DNA of 64,000 nt from Antedon mediterranea (taxonomy: Eukaryota > Animalia > Echinodermata). The position numbers and the translations under genes are program-made. Location of the stretch: assembly GCF_964355755.1 (NCBI RefSeq), contig NC_092670.1, forward strand, positions 22,864,795 through 22,928,794, written 5' to 3'. Shown here one piece after another: positions 24,201-64,000 of the stretch. Positions within the stretch are counted from its first letter, which is position 1. Each line of letters begins with the position of its first letter. The notes under the pieces were generated by a model, which saw nothing but the letters and a program-made list of their open reading frames with translations, was not told the DNA's origin and made no database searches.

Positions 24201-25685
24201 ATTCCTGTACTATAGTACAAGGAAATTTTCGAAAAATGGCCGATTTTCGACCCTTTTATTTTTTGACCTAAATGGTTACTATAGCATAAAAAAACATGCG
24301 CAAAGACGAATAATGGGTTCTGCGCATGTCAATTGTGCTATGTTAACCAGTTTTGACATAAATTGTTACTATTGCATAATAAACATGCGCAGATACGAAT
24401 AATGGGTTCTGCGCATGTCAATTGTGCTATGTTAAGCAGTTTTGACATAAATTGTTACTATTGCATAATAAACATGCGCAGATACGAATAATGGGTTCTG
24501 CGCATGTCAATTGTGCTATAGTAACCAGTTTTATCGAAAAATAAAAAGGTCGAAAATTTTCCATTTTTTGGAAAAAATCCCTGTACTATAGTACAAGGAA
24601 ATTTTCGAAAAATGGCCGATTTTCGACCCTTTTATTTTTTGACATAAATGGTTACTATAGCATAAAAAACATGCGCAGAGTCGAATAATGGGTTCTGCGC
24701 ATGTCAATTGTGCTATGTTAACTAGTTTTGACATAAATGGTTACTATAGTATAATAAACATGCGTAGAGGGGAATTGTGCTATAGTAACCACTTTTGACA
24801 TAAATGGTTACTATTGCATAATAAACATGCGCAGGGGCGAATGATGGGTTCTGCGCATGTCAATTGTGCTATAGTAACCAGTTTTATCGAAAAATAAAAA
24901 GGTCGAAAATTAGCCATTTTTTGGAAAAAATCCCTGTACTATAGTACAAGGAAATTTGCGAAAAATGGCCGATTTTCGACCCTTTTATTTTTTGACATAA
25001 ATGGTTACTATAGCATAATAAACATGCGCAGAGACGAATAATGGGTTCTGCGCATGTCAATTGTGCTATGTTAACCAGTTTTGACATAAATTGTTACTAT
25101 TGCATAATAAACATGCGCAGATACGAATGATGGGTTCTGCGCATGTCAATTGTGCTATAGTAACCAGTTTAATCTAAAAATAAAAAAGTCGAAAATTAGC
25201 CATTATTTTGAAAAAATCCCTGTACTATAGTACAAGGAAAATTTCGAAAAATGGCCGATTTTCGACCCTTTTATTTTTTTACATAAATGGTTACTATAGC
25301 ATAAAAAACATGCGCAGAGTCGAATAATGGGTTCTGCGCATGTCAATTGTGCTATGTTAACTAGTTTTGACATAAATGGTTACTATAGTATAATAAACAT
25401 GCGTAGAGGGGAATTGTGCTATAGTAACCACTTTTGACATAAATGGTTACTATTGCATAATAAACATGCTCAGGGGCGAATGATGGGTTCTGCGCATGTC
25501 AATTGTGCTATAGTAACCAGTTTTATCGAAAAATAAAAAGGTCGAAAATTAGCCATTTTTTGGAAAAAATCCCTGGGTTCTGCGCATGTCAATTGTGCTA
25601 TGGTAACCAGTTTTGACATAAATAGTTCCTATAGTATAATAAGCATGCGCAGAGGCGAATAATGGGTTCTGCGCATGTCAATTGT
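21220..25685. repeat. Composite satellite of two hairpin modules, A (89 bp) and B (~108 bp), with higher-order structure
   Basis: A: tggttactatagca..acatgcgcaga..tctgcgcatgt..tgctatagtaacca; B centred on gtactatagtac; repeated ORF translations are offset by 661 bp. Confidence 0.95.
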
Positions 25686-27124
25686 ATGACTCTATAAGAT
25701 GTTGATAATGCAATATATATGCATATATTGCAATATTATTGCATATAAGTGATATTTAAAAGGTCGACATTTTGGCCATTTCTTTTATTTTTTTGGAAAT
25801 AACTTGTTACTGCATATATAGCCTATAACTGGTATATGGTTACTGCAAATAACTGGTATATGCATATATGGCAATTCACTTCTTATTGCATAATAAGTGA
25901 ATTTTAAAAGGTCAACATTTTGGCCATTTTTGGAAAAATCCCTGAAATTTTCGAAAAAAGACGAAATTTCGACCTTTTTATTTTTTGAAATAACTGGTTA
26001 CTATGACTCTATAAGATGTTGATAATGCAATATATATGCATATATGGCTATATTATTGCATAAGTGAATTTTAAAAGGTCGAAATTTTGGCCATTTTTGA
26101 AAAAATCCCTGTACTAAATAGAACAGGGAATTTTTCGAAGAAAGACCAAATTTCGACCTTTTTATTTTTTGGAAATTTTCGAAAAAAGACATTTTGGTCA
26201 TTTTTGAAAAAATCCTTGTACAGGGAAATTCTCGAAAAATGATCAAATTTCGCCCCTTATATATTTTTAAATAACTGGTTACTGTATCATAATTGCCATG
26301 CGCAGAATCAAATATGAGTGTGTTCTTTCCGAGAAATGGCCAAATATCGACCTTATTTTTTTATAATAAAATTTTTCTAAAAAAATCTGTGTACAGAGAA
26401 ATTTCATAATTAGCCAAATTTTGACCTTTTAAATTATTGACATAACTGGTAACATCATAATTTACATGCGCAGAATCTCATAATGTGTTCTGAGCTTGTT
26501 ACTTCAAAATCTTTTAATAAGTCGACATTTGGCCGGTTTTCGATATCACAATACTATATGTACATATATAGCAATATTATAGCATAATTGAATTAGTCAA
26601 AAATTCAAAACAAACCATTTATAAAAATTATTATTAATTTATGGTAAAAAATGTATAATAGTGCTATACACTATTTGTTTCTGACACCAAAAAACAATAA
26701 ATACATTTTTTTTATTACCAAAACTTTTTTTATTGCAAAAATCTCACCAGTTATAATTCTTCTAAGTACTGATTATGATAAAACATTTACATATGAAGTA
26801 ACTTACATTACTTTTTAAAATAGTTCATAACATGTGGGACACTCATGTGAAAATAAACTAAAACTATAGAGTATAACCGTGACTCAAGTTTGATATAAAC
26901 CTTATCAGGTTTTTGTGTGCTACAAGTAATAATGATATTTGACACAGTTTTTATACTTTCAATTTACATCGCATAAATAAGTTAATAAAATAATTTTTTT
27001 TAAATCTATTTTGTAGTAAGTAAAACAAACGAATTACAAAAATATTTAAATATAGTCATGTATAAGAAACTATTAAATGATTGCAAGCTAAACATGAATC
27101 TAATGAAAGAACCGTGAAGGAATT

Positions 27125-28770
27125 AAATAAACGAGCATTATGATTGGTTTATTCCATGTGTACGCATATCTAAATTTAAATGTAAACTAACAAGCATTAT
27201 AATTGGTTTATTCCATTTGTAAATTTTAATTTAAACAAACGAGCATTATGATTGGTTTATTCCATGTGTACGCATATGTAAATTTAAATGTAAACTAACA
27301 AGCATTATAATTGGTTTATTCCATTTGTAAATTTTAATTTACACAAACGAGCATTATGATTGGTTTATTCCATTTGTACACATTTGTAAATTTAAATGTA
27401 AACTAACAATCATTATAATTGGTTTATTCCATTTGTAAATTTTAATTTACACAAACGAGCATTATGATTGGTTTATTCCATTTGTACACATTTGTAAATT
27501 TAAATGTAAACTAACAATCATTATAATTGGTTTATTCATTTGTAAATTTTAATTTAAAAAAACGAGCATTATGATTGGGTTATTCCATTTGTACACATTT
27601 GTAAATTTAAATGTAAACTAACAAGCATTATAATTGGTTTATTCCATTTGAAAATTTTAATTTAAACAAACGAGCATTATGATTGGTTTATTCCATTTGT
27701 ACACATTTGTAAATTTAAATGTAAACTAACAAGCATTATAATTGGTTTATTCCATTTGTAAATTTTAATTTAAAAAAACGAGCATTATGATTGGCTTATT
27801 CCATTTGTACACATTTGTAAATTTAAATGTAAACTAACAAGCATTATAATTGGTTTATTCCATTTGTAAATTTTAATTTAAACAAACGAGCATTATGATT
27901 GGCTTATTCCATTTGTACACATTTGTAAATTTAAATGTAAACTAACAATCATTATAATTGGTTTATCATTTGTAAATTTTAATTTAAACAAACGAGCATT
28001 ATGATTGGTTTATTCCATTTGTACACATTTGTAAATTTAAATGTAAACTAACAATCATTATAATTGGTTTATCATTTGTAAATTTTAATTTAAACAAACG
28101 AGCATTATGATTGGTTTATTCCATTTGTACACATTTGTAAATTTAAATGTAAACTAACAAGCATTATAATTGGTTTATTCATTTGTAAATTTTAATTTAA
28201 ACAAACGAGCATTATGATTGGTTTATTCCATTTGTACACATTTGTAAATTTAAATGTAAACTAACAAGCATTATAATTGGTTTATTCCATTTGAACATTT
28301 TAATTTAAACAAACGAGCATTATGATTGGTTTATTCCATTTGTACACATTTGTAAATTTAAATGTAAACTAAAAAGCATTATAATTGGTTTATTCCATTT
28401 GAAAAATTTTATTTAAACAAACGAGCATTATGATTGGCTTATTCCATTTGTACACATTTGTAAATTTAAATGTAAACTAACAATCATTATAATTGGTTTA
28501 TCATTTGTAAATTTTAATTTAAACAAACGAGCATTATGATTGGTTTATTCCATTTGTACACATTTGTAAATTTAAATGTAAACTAACAAGCATTATAATT
28601 GGTTTATTCATTTGTAAATTTTAATTTAAACAAACGAGCATTATGATTGGTTTATTCCATTTGTACACATTTGTAAATTTAAATGTAAACTAACAAGCAT
28701 TATAATTGGTTTATTCCATTTGAAAATTAAACAAACAAGCATTATGATTGGTTGGTTCAATCTGTAAATT
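27125..28770. repeat. 108-bp satellite (59+49-bp related subunits), ~15 copies
   Basis: aaacaaacgagcattatgattggtttattccatttgtacacatttgtaaatttaaatgt + aaactaacaagcattataattggtttattccatttgtaaattttaattt. Confidence 0.95.
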
Positions 28771-29479
28771 TAAATGTTTTTGATGTAATGTATTGTATGT
28801 GTGTTCAATCATATTTTAAGAAAAAATATAGGTTTAGAAGAAAAAAAGATAGTTTAGATCATTGATCATTCTTGACAATTTAGACAGTACTGTATTTATT
28901 TAAAGAGTATTACTATCTTGTCTCAATTATGATTATGATAACTATTGTACATTTTGGTTTTCTTTTAGGAGGTAACGTATATGAAATAAATAAAAACAAA
29001 TAAAACTGTTTTACTTTTACCATTATCATATTCTATGCAACAAACATGCATAAAAAATGAAAAAGTGAGAAAGACGTCAATTATTTCTGAATATTATATT
29101 ACTATATTAATGTACAAAATGAGGAATAGCCCTCTCAAGGTGATAAAGAGTTTAAGACAACTAAATCATAAGTACATACTAAGTCACGCTTTGGTAATTT
29201 AAGTAGTTGGCAGACAACCAATCTTAAGTGAGATTAACATCGCAAATAAAATTGACCTTACCTACATTGCAAAAGGTTAAATAATTTACATAGCCTCATA
29301 TTATCATATCAATCCCCCTAATGAGAAATACTGCATTGAACATTTAAAACTTACAACCTTATCTTACATAAAAAATAATAATCTAAAAATATCTCACCCA
29401 CAACGTATAAACAATATACAGCATATATTAAAATCTACATATGAAAATAGCATCCTAATTTAAAGTTATTTCATGTCGC

Positions 29480-59626
<30,147 letters not shown>

Positions 59627-60889
59627 CTGAAACAAAAAAAAAACAATAATTAATTAACTTTAAGGATATGAAAAATTATATTTAAAAATAAAATGCTTTG
59701 TAGTAAAAATATCATATTAGGTTTTAATGAATTATGTTTTGTATATTCTGACCAAGATCGTATTGTATCCACACGTAAAAAAAACTATAATTTAAAATCA
59801 TTATATGCTAAAAATCTATAACTTCATCAAAATTAATATATGTTTTTGTTAATTTAAAAAGCAAGTGTGGCTTGCTGAATATGTTACATATTGATTAAAA
59901 GACGAACATGAAATTAGGTCTACTGTACTAGACAAAGAAATTTGATCAATCAATATTTAAAGATCAATAGGCGTATGAACTAATAATTTAAAGGAATTTT
60001 TTATATCTATAGAATACAGCAAAAACAGATACTGTATTTTTCTAAACAAAATTATATATAAGATATTGGCCAAGTTCCTTTTCAACGATCCTACAAGGCA
60101 TACTGTAGGTCTACATTACTTTAAAAAAAAAAATTGCTCAGTCCTACTGTATATATATTCCTAAAAGAAATTTATCTTTATATTTAGGAACACACATTTG
60201 AATAACACAACTTACATATTTACCTTAAAATATTTTTATTGCAACACAGTAGGAATGGCTTAGAATATAATCTAAACTATAGAAATGTTATGAACTGTAC
60301 AACCATAATACTGTAATATAAAGACGCTCACAAAAAAGAATTGACAACCTTTTAAACATGATCTGTCAATATCCTGGTACCAATTTGTAATGTAATCAAA
60401 TTGGAAGAAAATCGATTGTATGGCTCTTAAATATAACAAAGAAATAGTAAACTCATTGTGTAACTGAGCATTTATCACATGTGATAAGTATAGTATTATT
60501 TACATACACTGAAGTAGTACGTATTGTCCATCTTAATTTCATCAACGTGGAACACAATAGGCATTTTCTTCATCTTTTTGTAAATGCTTTATAATAAAGA
60601 AAATAGAACATCGGACAACAAAGCATGTTTCATGTAATTTTAGACTATAAAGATCAATTATGAAATAAGTTATGATTATTTTTTTCATTTTAATTATGAA
60701 ATATTTGAATACTGGAGTGGGCCTGGAGTATATGATCGTCTATAAAGCTTTCCATTTAATTTAAAAAATGAATGGCTAGGCCCTACCCAAATCTCGGATC
60801 GCTTAAGAGAGAGTTGCCAAAATTACTTGAAAAATCGATATCCAAAAGAAGGTCATTATTAAATCTTTCGTCAAACTTGACGTTTTTGG

Positions 60890-61705
60890 TATGATCAACA
60901 CAAATTGCGCAGTAGAAATGTAAGCAGCCCAGAATTGAGCATACAACAACAAAAAAACGCGACTTGCGTCAAGCTAGGCCTATCTTACAAAACATTAGCA
61001 AGGGCCCCATTTAGCAACGGTTGACGCAATATCGTGAATTGTTATACTAACTCTAGTGCGTTAAAATGCATGTTACCTAAAGATTAGGAGTAATATGGAA
61101 GAATTAAATATGTTGAGTTGATAAGCACAAATTGCGCAAGGAAAATCTAAGCAGACCAGAAATGCGCATACAGTATAACAACAAAAAATGCGGCTTGCGT
61201 CACTCTAGGCCTATCTAACTGTTGACGCAATCTCGGAAATTGGTTAGGCCTACAGTGTGCTACTAAATGCATGTTACTACCTAACCTTTAATTGGAAAAA
61301 CGGAAGAAATAAATGATGTGGGTTGATCTGCACGAATTGCGCAAGGAAAATTTAGGTAGACTAGAAGTGCGCATTCAACTTAAAACTCGACTTTCGTCAA
61401 AATGTTAACGCAATCTCGTGAATTGGTTACCCTGTACAGTGCGCCACCTAACGCATGTTAATGTATACATATAGTAATCTATGGAGGAAATCTAAACATT
61501 AATTGGAAAATGGAAGAAATAAATGTTGTGCGTTGATCAGCACGAATTGCGCAATGAAAACATAAGCAGGCTAAATGTGCGCACACAAAGAAACCAGATA
61601 TTAGTTACTGTACGGTTGATGAAATCTCATAAAATGTGTTGTAGTGCGTAGGCTACCACGTGTTACCTAAGGCTGACAATAATTGGAGTAATGGAAGAAA
61701 TAAAC
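60890..61705. repeat. Degenerate ~205-230-bp tandem repeat, ~4 copies
   Basis: Recurrent cac(a/g)aattgcgca (60898, 61126, 61331, 61541), gacgcaatctc, tggaagaaataaa. Confidence 0.7.
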
Positions 61706-62468
61706 GACATAGAAAGAAAACACCGCCAAATCGAAATCTTCCGCACGATCTCCTTCAAAGAATACAATATTAATTTGTTCTCGATTCGACCTTTTGTGTA
61801 TGAAATTAATACGCTTGTTTATAACAATACAGAAAATGAATAAACAATCGTCCATTAAATCGATCCATAATATACAATCACACATTCATCACAAAACCAA
61901 AAGAATGAAATAGGTTCAGTAGTGTTACTATGGAAACCAAATAGACAAAATGGCAACGTAATAATGCAGTGCAAATTAACAGTAAATTACATATTAATAA
62001 CTACAAAATTTATAACACAAAAAAACAATTTTTACGGAACGTATACGGTAGAAAATAGGATGTTGATTTTCATTAATAATTTAAATAGAAGAACGTTTCA
62101 GAGTTGCAGACTATTAAAGAAGTGCTGCTGTACCGGATACAGAGGAAAATGACGATGTAAAAGATAGGACACACCACTTCATTGTAAGCCCTATTTCTGG
62201 AGGAGTTGCCACTTCGAGTACGATTCAATTAAATTTAAAGCTGTCTACACTATAAACACCAAAAGTTTGATAGTGTAGACAAGGCTTTACACCAATTCGA
62301 TGGAAGATTCGGGATTAAAAGAAACATATTAATTATATAGTGATCGGTGTGGGCCTACTTTAGTAGATACGTGTATACAACTGTATATATATAAACACAA
62401 GAGGCAAAGAACAGTAATTCTAAACCGCCCGGTGACATACTGAAATTTAATTAATTAATTTGAAACGA

Positions 62469-62646
62469 TATATATATATAAATCCAAAGGCAAATTACTG
62501 AAAAAATGACAATGCTGTGGGTATCAGTGGCTGGATCTCAATGAAGATACAAAATAAAAGCGAAAAGCTAAATCAAAACGAGAAGTAAAAAAGCCAGAAA
62601 AGTTAGCAGAGCTTTTGGGCAACACTAGCCCTTCATCAGTGCAAGA
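62469..62646 (-). mobile_element. Second Penelope-like fragment; hammerhead core mutated (GAAA to AAAA)
   Basis: Near-identical to 32672-32850. Confidence 0.6.
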
Positions 62647-63025
62647 GAATATATATACATATATGGTGCTTAAAGTTTGACGACCTTTGGACACTACTTT
62701 AATCACGTGTACTTACTGTAGACCTATATAAATACAAACACATATAGAATGACTTTATTGAAATGTTTTGTACAGTACAGGTAACAAAACAATACGACAC
62801 TAATGCGATGACACTTGACATCAGTTTGTGAACGAGTCATTCTTCTCTAAAACACCCATCTTTAATAAATTAAACATCTCTGTGTTACAAAGACTAATAA
62901 CCGTATTTTAGAGTACGATTGTCATAATATTTTTTATTATTTCCTATCGATATGTATAAGTGTATGCGAAGATATACCAAATCAATAATATGAGCTTATG
63001 TAATGAGTCATAAAAATCGTTTTAC

Positions 63026-63182
63026 TTGTAGAAACATGTCGATAGTGACTCCAATAATAATCGGCATAAGCGACAAGATAATAAGTATGTAATGTAATAA
63101 CACTCCATATTAAATAAAAGATGCATTTGTATTCATTACAGAAACATTCTTTGTCTGTTCTGCTGTATTGATTATACATCAT
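63026..63182 (-). CDS. Candidate leader exon of the EGF-CUB gene
   Basis: ORF with hydrophobic stretch CIFYLIWSVITLHTYYLVAYA and a phase-1 donor A|gtaaaa compatible with exon 59626; weak support. Confidence 0.25.
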
Positions 63183-64000
63183 CGTCGTAATCTAGTTCTA
63201 TCATACTGTAGAGAAATCTTGTTTTGTTGCATGGTTCCACAAAGTGAAGAACCAAATAATAAAATTCCGAAAACCAACCTGGTTCAACCCAATAGCCGGT
63301 TCGTAATTTACAAAGTACCGTCTTTATAATAAGGCCTTTCATTTTCATTTTTCATTTCTTTATTCGACAACAAGCGGTCCAGGGATTGCGACAGCAACAG
63401 AGCACCATAACACATTTGTGTCCGCAATCCCTGTAACATACAACTTAATACAAGTTAAAAATGAATATAAAGTATACAGAATATATAAAAAATTTAATTA
63501 ATTTGTAATAATATATCAAACATATTATAAAGAACATTATTCATTATTATGCATCCCACATTGTGTTTACATTAATTGAACAACCATTGCCTCATTGGGT
63601 TTCGTCAATAGATCTCCTTCATACCGTCTATATTAGTAATACCACCCATTTGGTTACCATAACTGAATACGTTTAATATTTACATTTCACGCTCGATTAC
63701 CTTAAACAACATAATCTCCAACATTGTATTTTAATTCAGCTATTTCCTTATTAAGTCCTATGGAGAAATAGCTAATCTTTAAGACCTACATTTTCAGAAA
63801 CCATGAAGAAATAAGTTGATCTCCATGGAAAAAGCAATGGTCTTGCATAAAAAAATATTACAAAAAAAACACAGAAGTTTAAATAAATACCATCGTGTAT
63901 TTCTCCATTTACTTTTATGTAGGGCCTAATAACAATTCATGCAGTAGACATCAATTTTCTCTGTTGATGTAGGCAGCTGTAAAATAGTCAATTAATTGGC

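Noticed and set aside
22725-25087. Repeated 62-102-aa ORFs
   Set aside because: Satellite-derived; useful only as markers of higher-order periodicity.
21220-25685. CRISPR-like array of palindromic repeats
   Set aside because: No unique spacers, no cas genes, eukaryotic context; it is a satellite.

Overview
AT-rich, intron-rich eukaryotic DNA. The fibropellin-like gene suggests an echinoderm-type deuterostome (inference). The window holds two convergent protein-coding genes. (1) + strand, ~4.1-19.7 kb: an 11-exon RADIL-like gene (RA-FHA-DIL-PDZ, ~1295 aa from ATG 4143), reconstructed by hand with consistent splice phases. (2) - strand, ~59.6 to 29.5 kb: a gene of at least 55 exons for a fibropellin-like but membrane-anchored protein, EGF-CUB-(EGF)48-CUB-(EGF)8-TM plus a short tail ending in the class I PDZ ligand QKTHL. 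Between the two 3' ends lie two satellites, one built from two hairpin modules in variable order. Most notable non-coding observations: a ~23-period 45-bp array that multiplies a RADIL exon/intron junction (~21 splice donors, all but the first behind in-frame stops); tiny CA..TG palindromes with 7-bp target duplications resembling P-element excision footprints; a Penelope-type minimal hammerhead ribozyme motif in sense orientation in an intron; minisatellites on both sides of the TM exon; and a decayed EGF pseudo-exon. Many MITEs and SINEs. All coordinates were read by eye; no database searches were run.
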